In this document: in pieces, positions 21,012-30,601 of the stretch | How the letters are laid out: every line of letters begins with the position of its first letter | Position numbering within the stretch: position 1 is the first letter of the stretch | IMG/VR virus record: IMGVR_UViG_3300035698_013740 | Coordinates: 8,382 to 72,381 of that record | Source of the DNA: a virus | Length of the DNA stretch: 64,000 nucleotides | Reading direction: 5' to 3' (one strand) | Notes under the pieces: model-generated | Seen by the model: the letters and a program-made list of their open reading frames with translations, nothing else | Database searches by the model: none | Told to the model about the DNA's origin: nothing | Translations under genes and position numbers: made by a program

Positions 21012-21218
21012 ATGGATAAGAAAAAAGTAGACATACAATTAACTAGTGTTAAATTATTATCGAATATATACCAATCATTCAAGATATTGGGCATTCAACA
21101 CGACACATCTCTTCAGAGAGTTGTAAACAGATCGATATTCTTATATCTAACAGACAGAGAGTTTAGGGATAGAGTTGATGAAGTAACTGAATTAGAAATT
21201 AGTGGATCAAACTTTTAA
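21012..21218 (+). CDS. Small hypothetical protein (possibly ribbon-helix-helix)
   Basis: LTSVKL strand followed by two helices. Confidence 0.55.
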   Translation: MDKKKVDIQLTSVKLLSNIYQSFKILGIQHDTSLQRVVNRSIFLYLTDREFRDRVDEVTELEISGSNF

Positions 21219-21234
21219 GAATTGAGCAGGTTAT

Positions 21235-22638
21235 ATGGCAAAACGGAAAAAAAAGATTTTATTGTTGTCTGATGATTTACGAATGCACTCAGGAATAGCA
21301 ACAATTAGCAGGCAAATAGTTACAGGTACTGCAGACAAATTTGACTGGGTTCAAATGGGCGCTGCAATAACTCATCCTGATGAAGGAAAAATATTTGATC
21401 TCTCTCAAGCAATTCAAGAAGAAACTGGGTGTAAAGATGCTAGCGTAAAGGTTTATCCTTGCTCAGGCTACGGAGATCCAAATAAGCTAAGGGAAATTAT
21501 AGCTAGAGAACAGCCCGATGCAATTCTCCACTTTACCGATCCTAGATATTGGATATGGTTATATGAATCTGCACACGAATTTAGAGAAAAACTTCCAATT
21601 TTATTCTATCACATTTGGGATGATCTCCCAGATCCAATGTATAATAGAAATTATTTTGAATCATGTGATTGGATTTCATGTATTTCTAAGCAAACATATG
21701 GAATCGTTAGGAGAGTTTGGGGAAGTAAAAGGGAATCTACTTGGAATCAGCCAAAAAAGTGGCAAGTAAAATACGTTCCCCATGGAATCAGTTCAGATTG
21801 GTATTATCCTGTTACAGATGAGGCTGAGCTAGTTGAAATGGAGACATTTACGGAACAGGTAAAAACTCAATGTGGTAAAAAGGATTTTGTTTTGTTATGG
21901 ATTAACAGAAATATTAGACGTAAACAGCCTGGAGATCTCATCTTAGCGTATAAAGAATTTTGTGATAAATTACCTAAGGCAAAATCTAAAAAATGCTTAT
22001 TGTTAATGCACACTTCTCCAATTGATGATAATGGTACAGATCTAATTGCAGTAAAGAAAGAATTATGTCCAGATTATGATGTGATCTTCTCAGGTGGTGG
22101 ATTAGATACTACTAGAATGAATTGGTTACATAATATGGCAGATGTTACAATTAATATTGCCAACAATGAGGGCTTTGGTCTTACAACATGTGAATCAATG
22201 ATGGCTGGAAATCCAATTATTGTAAATGTCACAGGTGGATTACAGGATCAATGTGGATTTTCAGTTGATGGAGTAGAATTAGATGAAGAAGATTATGTAA
22301 AGCATGGATCACTACATAATTGGAAAACATGGGAAGGCAAAGTAGATCACGGAGTATGGGTGAAACCAATTTGGTCTAGAGTTAGAAGTCTTAATGGTTC
22401 ACCACCTACCCCATATATTTTCGATGACAGAGTAGATTACGAAGAAGTATCAGATAAGATTATGGAATGGTACAATACTCCAGCAGATGAAAGAAAGGCT
22501 GCAGGATTAGCAGGAAGGCAATGGCTATTAGATGGTAAATTAAACCATAATTACATGTGTGATGCCATGGCAGACGGAATAAACGATACATTAAAAAATT
22601 GGAAACCTCTTAAACGATTTACTGTAAATAAAATATGA
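21235..22638 (+). CDS. GT-B glycosyltransferase (GT4-like)
   Basis: SGIA, VPHGI, NRNIRRK, NEGFGLTTCESMMAGNPII. Confidence 0.88.
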   Translation: MAKRKKKILLLSDDLRMHSGIATISRQIVTGTADKFDWVQMGAAITHPDEGKIFDLSQAIQEETGCKDASVKVYPCSGYGDPNKLREIIAREQPDAILHFTDPRYWIWLYESAHEFREKLPILFYHIWDDLPDPMYNRNYFESCDWISCISKQTYGIVRRVWGSKRESTWNQPKKWQVKYVPHGISSDWYYPVTDEAELVEMETFTEQVKTQCGKKDFVLLWINRNIRRKQPGDLILAYKEFCDKLPKAKSKKCLLLMHTSPIDDNGTDLIAVKKELCPDYDVIFSGGGLDTTRMNWLHNMADVTINIANNEGFGLTTCESMMAGNPIIVNVTGGLQDQCGFSVDGVELDEEDYVKHGSLHNWKTWEGKVDHGVWVKPIWSRVRSLNGSPPTPYIFDDRVDYEEVSDKIMEWYNTPADERKAAGLAGRQWLLDGKLNHNYMCDAMADGINDTLKNWKPLKRFTVNKI

Positions 22639-23102
22639 TAGAAATTAAAGCAGCAAGTGACTTTTTCCTAGACATTCAAAACAGATTTTCAGTATTCCTT
22701 GCTGGGAGTATTGAAATGGGAAAGGCAGAAAAGTGGCAAGATAAGGTAGTTAAATTATTGGAAGAAGATGACGTAATTGTCTTAAATCCAAGACGTGATG
22801 ATTGGGACTCATCATGGGAACAAACGGATGGTGATAATGAATTTACAAAACAAGTAGAATGGGAATTATTAGCTCAGACATATTGTGATTTGATCATAAT
22901 GTATTTTGATCCTAACACTACATCTCCAATTACACTGTTAGAACTTGGCTTATTTGGAGCAACACATCCACAATCAATTGTTGTATGTTGCCCAGAAGGA
23001 TTTTACAGAAAAGGAAATGTGGATGTTACATGTAGATGGTACGGAATTAAACAAGTTAATTCAATCGAAGAATTGGTTAACGAAGTAAAGGGTAGATTAT
23101 AA
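22635..23102 (+). CDS. Nucleoside 2-deoxyribosyltransferase-like protein
   Basis: VFLAGSIEMG..WQ..LNPRR..QVEWEL..SPITLLELG. Confidence 0.8.
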   Translation: MIEIKAASDFFLDIQNRFSVFLAGSIEMGKAEKWQDKVVKLLEEDDVIVLNPRRDDWDSSWEQTDGDNEFTKQVEWELLAQTYCDLIIMYFDPNTTSPITLLELGLFGATHPQSIVVCCPEGFYRKGNVDVTCRWYGIKQVNSIEELVNEVKGRL

Positions 23103-23507
23103 ATGACAAAATTGCAAGAAGCAATACAGCGTGGTATACATAAAGTATCTGACCAACTTCATAGACAAACCATGTGTGGTGGACCCGAAGTTTTATACGT
23201 GTCACCACGGGTATATACTGAAATTGAAAGAATGGACGGGTTCTATGATGGGACGTATTGCAACCGATACCACATCGTCAAAACGAATGCATTTATAGCA
23301 GGACCAGATGTATATGCAATAGTACCACGAGGTAGATTGACATACACATGTGAACCAACTGATAGTACGCCAATAGTTGATGCTGAGGGGTTGGATACAC
23401 TACTCGATATACCACATATTAATATTGAAGTGGTACGTGAGATACAACTGGCAGTGGATGCGACGTTTGAATTTACAAAAGAAGAGTGGGAAGAATTAAA
23501 TGATTAA
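23103..23507 (+). CDS. Hypothetical protein
   Basis: 134-aa ORF abutting neighbours. Confidence 0.55.
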   Translation: MTKLQEAIQRGIHKVSDQLHRQTMCGGPEVLYVSPRVYTEIERMDGFYDGTYCNRYHIVKTNAFIAGPDVYAIVPRGRLTYTCEPTDSTPIVDAEGLDTLLDIPHINIEVVREIQLAVDATFEFTKEEWEELND

Positions 23508-24783
23508 ACCATTATTAATATTTAGTGGACCAGTAGAAACACGATCAGGATACGGTGATCATGCTAGAGATCTAGTTTTATCCCTTATTAAAATGGATAA
23601 ATTTGATATTAAAATAGCATCTACTAGATGGGGTAGCACTCCTATGAATGCACTCTCTACTAGTAATGAAGATCATCAAAGGATACAAAATAGAATCCTA
23701 ACCCAAAATCCAGATAGACCTGTTGACATATGGGTTCAAGTTACAGTACCTCACGAATTTCAAAAGAACGGAAGATTCAATATTGGTATCACTGCCGGAA
23801 TAGAAACTACCGCTGTATCTCTAGATTGGATACATGGATGCAACAGAATGGATATGGTTATTGTTCCATCAAATCATGCTAAGGTTTGCTTAGAAGGCAC
23901 CCAATACAAAGAACAAAACAACCAAACTAGTGAAGTTGTTAATGTTCATAAGGTCAATGTTCCTGTTGAAGTTCTATTTGAAGGAACAGATACAAATGTA
24001 TTTAACAGCGAATACATTTCTGACGAACATGTAGAAAGTGAGTTATTAAATGTAAAGGACGATTTCAATTTCTTATTTGTAGGCCACTGGCTTCCTGGAG
24101 AATTAGGACAAGATCGCAAAGATGTTGGCATGATGATAAAAACATTCCTAAGTGTTTTCAAAAATAAGAAGGATGCACCTGGATTAATTTTAAAAACTTC
24201 TCAAGCTACATTTAGTGTATTAGATAGAGAACGAATTGCAACTAATATTAGAGATATTAAGGGAAGCATAACTGGAAAATTACCTAATATCTATTTGTTG
24301 CATGGAGATATGACACAACCTCAATTAAATTCATTATTTAATCATGATAAGGTTAAAGCAATGGTATCATTTACTAAGGGTGAAGGATATGGAAGACCAC
24401 TTCAAGAATTTATGTTCAGTGGAAAGCCAATTATATCATCAAATTGGTCAGGTCATATTGATTTCCTCACAGGATATGCAGATTTAATAGATGGTGAACT
24501 GACACCCGTGCATCCAACTGCAGCAAATAATATGATATTAGAACATGCAAGTTGGTATACATTGAATTATAGTAATGCAGGTAAGGCTCTAATGGAAATG
24601 TTTAAAAGTTATGATGAGAAGATTAAGCACACTAGTGGATTAGTAGAATCTAGATCTTATAAATTTTCTTTAGATTCTATGGATGTAGAATTTGAAAAGC
24701 TAATAGAAAAATACGTTACAGCACAAACACAGGTTCCACTTAAGTTACCAACAGGTGGGTTGCCTACGCTAAAACAATTATAA
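23500..24783 (+). CDS. GT-B glycosyltransferase (GT4-like)
   Basis: RSGYG, IVPSNH, DRKDVG, KGEGYGRPLQE..KPII. Confidence 0.88.
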   Translation: MIKPLLIFSGPVETRSGYGDHARDLVLSLIKMDKFDIKIASTRWGSTPMNALSTSNEDHQRIQNRILTQNPDRPVDIWVQVTVPHEFQKNGRFNIGITAGIETTAVSLDWIHGCNRMDMVIVPSNHAKVCLEGTQYKEQNNQTSEVVNVHKVNVPVEVLFEGTDTNVFNSEYISDEHVESELLNVKDDFNFLFVGHWLPGELGQDRKDVGMMIKTFLSVFKNKKDAPGLILKTSQATFSVLDRERIATNIRDIKGSITGKLPNIYLLHGDMTQPQLNSLFNHDKVKAMVSFTKGEGYGRPLQEFMFSGKPIISSNWSGHIDFLTGYADLIDGELTPVHPTAANNMILEHASWYTLNYSNAGKALMEMFKSYDEKIKHTSGLVESRSYKFSLDSMDVEFEKLIEKYVTAQTQVPLKLPTGGLPTLKQL

Positions 24784-24786
24784 ATT

Positions 24787-25314
24787 ATGGCAAATTATTC
24801 AGCAATATACAAACAGGCAGCTATCTCAGAGCATGCAGTAAGCCCTACAGGGATACTTCCTATGCAGCTTATAGCATTCGATTATAAGACTCCTGGACCA
24901 AGGCGCATTGGATTATCATTGGGATATATTCCTAGCACAAAGATGCTACATTGCATTAGACTTAATGCCCTTCCACTTAATCATTTTAGATTACTTATGA
25001 AGAATATGATAGATCATAAACTTCGTAACATTTATAAGAAGGCAAACAAGCGTAATGTTTTAATCGAATCAATTATAGTAAATAAATTTAGACTTCCATT
25101 TGAATCTGTTCCATATGGTCAGTTACAAAGTTTTTATGCAAACAATTTTAAAAACAACGCATACATAAAAAAGAATCCGGTGTATAGATCGTATCATATG
25201 CCTGATATGTCTGCAGCTACTGTAATGTTACCAGATTTAGAATATCTAGGATTAATTCCAAGAAAGAATAAACAATCTCCAACGGCAGAGGATATATGGA
25301 AGACAACAAAATAA
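24787..25314 (+). CDS. Hypothetical protein, weak resemblance to T4 gp2-like DNA end protector
   Basis: FDY..LHCIRLN..YRSY pattern; resemblance only. Confidence 0.4.
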   Translation: MANYSAIYKQAAISEHAVSPTGILPMQLIAFDYKTPGPRRIGLSLGYIPSTKMLHCIRLNALPLNHFRLLMKNMIDHKLRNIYKKANKRNVLIESIIVNKFRLPFESVPYGQLQSFYANNFKNNAYIKKNPVYRSYHMPDMSAATVMLPDLEYLGLIPRKNKQSPTAEDIWKTTK

Positions 25315-25991
25315 AAGTTTCATATGCAATAACTGTCTCTACTGAAATTGAAGAATTAAAGAGACTTATCCATAAGTTAACTTTAGCTAGAGAAGCTTGG
25401 GAGAATCAACTAACTAGTGAAGTTGTTGTATTAGTGGATAAAAGTAATACAACAGAAGAGGTAGTTGAATTTGTAAAAAGTTTAAGTGAGTGGCAACTTC
25501 ATGGATATGGCCAAGGCTATGCAACTAGATCAATTACTAAGGTAGAATTTGCAGATCTAAATAAAGATTTTGCTACATTTAAAAACACTCTAAATTCATT
25601 ATGCTCAGGCAAATGGATTTTTCAGTTAGATGCAGATGAGTATCCTCATGATCATCTATTGGAAAACATAAATGAAATATTAGACATCAATGAAGATGTA
25701 GAAGTTATATGGGTTCCTAGAGTTAATACAGTAGAAGGATTAACAAACGAAGATACTGCTCGTTGGAGATGGCATGTAACTGAAAATGGTTGGATTAATT
25801 GGCCTGACGCGCAATTGCGACTCTACAGAAATAAGCCAGAAATTAAATGGAAAAAACCTGTTCACGAACAGCTTAGTGGATATAAAGTTTGGTCTGCACT
25901 TCCAGATGAAGAACAATATGCATTGTATCATCCTAAAGGAATTGATAGACAAAGAAGACAAAACGCATTTTACGATACAATACAGGATTGA
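25296..25991 (+). CDS. GT2-like glycosyltransferase
   Basis: SYAIT, WIFQLDADE, PRVN, WPDAQLRLY, PVHEQL. Confidence 0.85.
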   Translation: MEDNKIKVSYAITVSTEIEELKRLIHKLTLAREAWENQLTSEVVVLVDKSNTTEEVVEFVKSLSEWQLHGYGQGYATRSITKVEFADLNKDFATFKNTLNSLCSGKWIFQLDADEYPHDHLLENINEILDINEDVEVIWVPRVNTVEGLTNEDTARWRWHVTENGWINWPDAQLRLYRNKPEIKWKKPVHEQLSGYKVWSALPDEEQYALYHPKGIDRQRRQNAFYDTIQD

Positions 25992-26530
25992 ATCAGAGGC
26001 TAATAGCATATCGTGGAAATATTCAAGGCAATAAGCCATACTTTCTTAATAAACCAGAGTATGTTGATATCGCTTTACAATATGGATATGATGCAATGGT
26101 AGATGTATGGATTAAAGATGGTGAGTATTGGTTAGGTCATGACAATCCTAGATATGCAATACCTACTCACTTTTTATCTACAAAGGGAATATGGTGTAGG
26201 GCCATGACACGAGAAGCACTTGATTCTATGATGAATGAGAAAGATATTCATTGCTTCATGAATGGTAATGATCCAATAGTCCTTACTAACAGGAATATAA
26301 TGTGGTTAAATGATTCTACCAAACTGTTTGACGATATGAAATCTGATGCTGTTTATTTTGATCCAGAAGGTGCTGAAGAAACAATGTATAGAAACATATA
26401 CGCAATATGTTCAAACAACGTAAGAGCAATACGGGAGATATTAACAGGAGAGCAGCAAAGAGAATTTAATATGAATGACGCTAGAGATATTGCAGATATA
26501 ATACCAGACCTTGATAACTTTACAGGATAA
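25988..26530 (+). CDS. GDPD-like (PLC-like phosphodiesterase fold) protein, catalytic residues degenerate
   Basis: LIAYRGN, VDVW, LGHD, ICSN. Confidence 0.65.
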   Translation: MNQRLIAYRGNIQGNKPYFLNKPEYVDIALQYGYDAMVDVWIKDGEYWLGHDNPRYAIPTHFLSTKGIWCRAMTREALDSMMNEKDIHCFMNGNDPIVLTNRNIMWLNDSTKLFDDMKSDAVYFDPEGAEETMYRNIYAICSNNVRAIREILTGEQQREFNMNDARDIADIIPDLDNFTG

Positions 26531-26531
26531 T

Positions 26532-27245
26532 ATGTACTCAATAATACTTCCATATAGAGATAGATTAAATCATCTAACCAAACTGCTTCCTAGACTCCAT
26601 GAGAAGTTTGATGGAACGGATTACGAAATTTTAATAATAGAACAGGATGATACTGAAAGCTTTAAATTGGCTCAGCTATTTAACGTTGGTGCGTTAAATT
26701 CTAAAGGTACCAACTTAGTATTTCATGATGTAGATCATTATCCAAGTGATGACGTATCATATGAAATAACTGATAGCCCAGTATATCCAATTCAAAAAGT
26801 ATTATTTCTGTCAGAAGATGGAGAATCATTACGTCCAATGTGGGATGTTCCTGCAGGATATCGTAAGTTTTCAAAGTCAGCAGACGGACACTGGGGTGGA
26901 GTGTTTATTCTTACCAAAAAAATGTTTGAAGGTATTGGTGGTTTTAATCCAATGTATTCCGGTTGGGGTAAAGAGGATAATGATAGGCACCAAAGACTAC
27001 TGTTAGCAGGATATCACCCAATTAGAAGACAGGTTGGCACATTTTACGGACTATATCATGAAGACAATTGTCCTTCACATACTGATACTGACTTCGTAAA
27101 AAACCACCAAATACTGAATGATATGCAAACGTATCTTCACATTGGTCACAAAAATATGACGTATGACTTTACTGAATTTTCGGTTGGTAATGATAAAAGC
27201 GTAAGATGGTTAAAGGTTACAAACATTAAAACGGTTGGAATATGA
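26532..27245 (+). CDS. GT7 beta-1,4-galactosyltransferase-like protein
   Basis: IILPYRDR, IEQ, FNVG, FHDVD, GGF..GWGKED. Confidence 0.85.
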   Translation: MYSIILPYRDRLNHLTKLLPRLHEKFDGTDYEILIIEQDDTESFKLAQLFNVGALNSKGTNLVFHDVDHYPSDDVSYEITDSPVYPIQKVLFLSEDGESLRPMWDVPAGYRKFSKSADGHWGGVFILTKKMFEGIGGFNPMYSGWGKEDNDRHQRLLLAGYHPIRRQVGTFYGLYHEDNCPSHTDTDFVKNHQILNDMQTYLHIGHKNMTYDFTEFSVGNDKSVRWLKVTNIKTVGI

Positions 27246-28144
27246 AATACAAAAAGGATCTCATAGTAGGAGCAGTGTCTTCAAATTATGAAGTTAGTGA
27301 TGTAGTCAATTGGAGTGAGTCTATTATTAAGTCAGGATTTAAAGGAGATGTAGTAGTATTCTGCTACAACTTTAAGGCGACCGACGCCATTCCCGATTTT
27401 TTTAGGAACAAAAATTTTAAAGTCGTAATTCCGCATTCGGATATGTTTGGTAATGATGTTGAAAAATTTCAAACCCATACTGGTGAAGGAGATTCTACGA
27501 ATAACTACACATTGGTACATCAGCAACGATTTTTTCACTATTGGCAATATTTGAAATATGGTGATGAAATGTATAGATACATTATTACTACTGATGTTAG
27601 GGATGTCGTATTTCAAACAAATCCGTCAGAATATCTAGATTCATTTGATGATGGTGAATATACAATTTTAGCATCTAGTGAGAATGTGTTAGCAGGCAAC
27701 GAGCCATGGTTTAGCGGAATGGCAACAAAACATTTTGGTGGATACGTATTCAATGATGTGTTATCTAAACGTCCAGTATTTAATGTAGGTACATTTGCTG
27801 CAAGACATAAAGTTTTTATGGATATGTCAATAAACAATTATTACTTATCATTATCATTTCATCCAGGAGTTCTTCCAGCCGTTGGGGATCAAACTGGATT
27901 TAATTTGTTGATTGCTACTGCATATTCAAATTATACTGCAAATTTGGGACCAAGTTCACATTGGGGATGTCAATGTGGAACAATGTTAAATCCGCAATTT
28001 GCACAACTTCAAGTAGAATCTATTGATGGCATACATGAAAAGGATAGTATTGTTTACAATGGAGATACTCCGTTTGTAATTTTACATCAATATGATAGAG
28101 TTCCAGACCTAGTAGAGAAAATAAACGAAAAATATAGTAAATAA
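27242..28144 (+). CDS. Putative GT-A glycosyltransferase
   Basis: TDVRDVVFQTNP, NVGT, DQ, HQYDR. Confidence 0.7.
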   Translation: MKYKKDLIVGAVSSNYEVSDVVNWSESIIKSGFKGDVVVFCYNFKATDAIPDFFRNKNFKVVIPHSDMFGNDVEKFQTHTGEGDSTNNYTLVHQQRFFHYWQYLKYGDEMYRYIITTDVRDVVFQTNPSEYLDSFDDGEYTILASSENVLAGNEPWFSGMATKHFGGYVFNDVLSKRPVFNVGTFAARHKVFMDMSINNYYLSLSFHPGVLPAVGDQTGFNLLIATAYSNYTANLGPSSHWGCQCGTMLNPQFAQLQVESIDGIHEKDSIVYNGDTPFVILHQYDRVPDLVEKINEKYSK

Positions 28145-28145
28145 G

Positions 28146-28508
28146 ATGATTGATTTAGTTGAAAAGTGGAAAGTTACTGGCTTGTTGGAGGGCATTGCTA
28201 GTACAGAACGTAAAGAAGTTATATCTAAACTGTTAGAAGAGTCTTCTAAATATTTAATAAGAATATCAGGAACTAGAACAATATCTGAACAGGCTGCAGG
28301 AGTTGTATTACCGGCAGTTCGACGAGTATATGGTAGTAACGGATACGAAGAATTTGACATTATTGATTTTTGTAAATTTATAAATCTTGAGGTTAGGAAA
28401 TGGAAACCTAAGTTTAACCACTACTCAAAATTAGACGAAGAAGCAGAAATGACTATTTATATATGTGAACAATACATAAAACAAGAGAGACGTAAAAATG
28501 GCAGTTGA
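28146..28508 (+). CDS. Small protein resembling the N-terminus of a T4-like major capsid protein
   Basis: LVEKWKVTGLLEGI..LLE..AGVVLPAVRRVYG. Confidence 0.55.
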   Translation: MIDLVEKWKVTGLLEGIASTERKEVISKLLEESSKYLIRISGTRTISEQAAGVVLPAVRRVYGSNGYEEFDIIDFCKFINLEVRKWKPKFNHYSKLDEEAEMTIYICEQYIKQERRKNGS

Positions 28509-28650
28509 AAAAATATATGAAATTGATTGGGATCTTGTCATCACATTTGATGATTTAAAGAGAATTTTACGGGTATTGGATTTCAGATTTTCGGAATCTG
28601 CTACCAATTTAAACCTGATAAGTGATTTAACTAAAGAAGTGGTGGTATAA
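28498..28650 (+). CDS. Small hypothetical protein (50 aa)
   Basis: MAVEKIYEIDWDLVITFDDLKRIL.. fills the gap between neighbours; below ORF-track cutoff. Confidence 0.6.
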   Translation: MAVEKIYEIDWDLVITFDDLKRILRVLDFRFSESATNLNLISDLTKEVVV

Positions 28651-28652
28651 GT

Positions 28653-29030
28653 ATGGCAATTAATTACCCAGTAGCAGAAATGGCAGATCGATATACGATT
28701 GCCCGATTGAAATTTGAACGAATTCAATCAAACGAACGTTTCAGATTTTCAGCAGAAATGGATATTTATTTCGAAGAGCTTGATAAATACGAAGAATTGA
28801 ATCCGTTTTTGGAAAGACTGTTCGAGAGCAACGGCAAAATCTGGGACCTAGAGACTGAGATTAGACGAGGCGCACTTGAAGATAAAGGGTTTGCGTGGAT
28901 TGGTGAACGAGCAATTGCTATTCGAGATGAGAATCGAGTTAGAGTTGGTATCAAGGGAGAAATCGTTGACCATTACGGTGAAGGATTCAAAGATATGAAG
29001 TGTAACTACTCAGGCGGGGATGAAGAGTGA
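28653..29030 (+). CDS. Hypothetical protein (DUF6165-like)
   Basis: DRYTIARLK..NGKIWDLE..IR..N..R..K pattern seen near glycan genes. Confidence 0.55.
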   Translation: MAINYPVAEMADRYTIARLKFERIQSNERFRFSAEMDIYFEELDKYEELNPFLERLFESNGKIWDLETEIRRGALEDKGFAWIGERAIAIRDENRVRVGIKGEIVDHYGEGFKDMKCNYSGGDEE

Positions 29031-29926
29031 GAGTATTAATCAAAACATATGGATACTTTGGAGATATTCTTTTTGCATCATCAATTGCTAAATCTCTTAA
29101 GACCCATACTCAATATGGGGTAACTCATGTAGATTTTCTTATTGGATTTCCACAACTTCATGAATTAATGTCAAATAATCCATATATTGATAGAGTATGG
29201 GTATCTGATCATCCTAATCCAATGCCACATAATTCAATATTAGATGAATCACAATATGATAGGATGTATCAATTAGGTCAACTATCATTTAGTCTTCCAC
29301 CTCCTGAAGAATTTCAAAGGTTGATTGGTATTGTCAATCCTAGAAAGAATTTTGAAGTGTATACTACTAAAGCTAACGATGAGTTAGTCCAAGCAGAATT
29401 TGCGTTAATTCGAGAAAAGTTAGATCCTTCTCAAAAAATAATTTATATACCATACAATTGGGATGCAAAGGCTTTTAGATATACTGAAGATGAATACGAA
29501 GCAGGTAGATATCAAAGACCTAGGGATGCAGAAATTCAAACTAGAAGTATTGATAAAATAGTAGATAGTCTATCTCAATATCATTACGTAGTTTTTGGTG
29601 GTCTTCCTTACGGTAATTCACAAATTGGAGTTGAAAGTCTTCAAAAGAGTTTGGCGTTGGAAGCGTCTATTATAAAGTATGCAGATTGGTATGTTGGTCC
29701 AGAAAGTGGATTATGCAATATAGCAGGTGGAGTTGGTACAAAAACGATAATAAATTGGGATTGGGTACATCACTTATATGGTCCTAAGGGAATAATAAAG
29801 CAATGTGATCCACCAATGTTAGGACCTGCAAACATGTTTGGTGCTGATAAACATTGGGTAATAGATCCATATGTAACTGATGAAGAATTATTTCAGAACA
29901 TAGTGGGCATCATTAAAAATAATTAA
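29027..29926 (+). CDS. GT9 (heptosyltransferase-like) glycosyltransferase
   Basis: GDILF, NNPYIDRV, ADWYVGPESGLCNIAGGVGTKT. Confidence 0.8.
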   Translation: MRVLIKTYGYFGDILFASSIAKSLKTHTQYGVTHVDFLIGFPQLHELMSNNPYIDRVWVSDHPNPMPHNSILDESQYDRMYQLGQLSFSLPPPEEFQRLIGIVNPRKNFEVYTTKANDELVQAEFALIREKLDPSQKIIYIPYNWDAKAFRYTEDEYEAGRYQRPRDAEIQTRSIDKIVDSLSQYHYVVFGGLPYGNSQIGVESLQKSLALEASIIKYADWYVGPESGLCNIAGGVGTKTIINWDWVHHLYGPKGIIKQCDPPMLGPANMFGADKHWVIDPYVTDEELFQNIVGIIKNN

Positions 29927-29935
29927 AAAAAAAAT

Positions 29936-30601
29936 ATGAGTAAAAATTGTAAATGCGCATCGTGCATATGTGGCACATTAGATAGTAAAGACTTTATAGG
30001 TTGGACAGAATCTATTGGAATAACACTAAATCCTGCACAAGTGATGCTGTATAACCATGTTATGAATAGTAATAGATGTATTCAATATAAATGTAGGCGA
30101 CTTGCAGGATTTTCATTTTTATATACACTGCTTGCATATTGGCTAGTTGTTAAGCATGATAGGTTAGTAGCTATGATAGTACCAAATCATTCAGGAATTA
30201 AGTTAATAAAGCAGGATTTAGTTCGTATGGGATTAGATTGGCCAACTAATGGATTTCTCATAGTGCCAAGTAATAATATAGAAATTGGATTAAGGGGATA
30301 TGGAAAACTAGATTATGTATTTTTTGATGAAGCTAGTTTCTGTAAAAATTTAGAAGACGCAGTTCAAGATTTAAAACGATATACTGCAGGATCAGCTGAT
30401 GATACTATAGTTCTTTATTCATCGTTTGCTCATCCATATCTTACATATTTGCAAAGAATGAGTTCTAGGTGGGATAGTGAATGGACGTTTTTTCAAGTTC
30501 CTGCATTTGTATTCAATATGCAACATAGTAACGCAATGACGCCACAACAAGTTGGACAACCACAATACGCAATGGAAATGGAGTGTAAATTTGATGGATA
30601 G
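29936..30601 (+). CDS. Degenerate stand-alone terminase-ATPase-like protein
   Basis: LNPAQ, KCRRLAGFS, LRGY, VFFDEASF, LYSS. Confidence 0.55.
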   Translation: MSKNCKCASCICGTLDSKDFIGWTESIGITLNPAQVMLYNHVMNSNRCIQYKCRRLAGFSFLYTLLAYWLVVKHDRLVAMIVPNHSGIKLIKQDLVRMGLDWPTNGFLIVPSNNIEIGLRGYGKLDYVFFDEASFCKNLEDAVQDLKRYTAGSADDTIVLYSSFAHPYLTYLQRMSSRWDSEWTFFQVPAFVFNMQHSNAMTPQQVGQPQYAMEMECKFDG

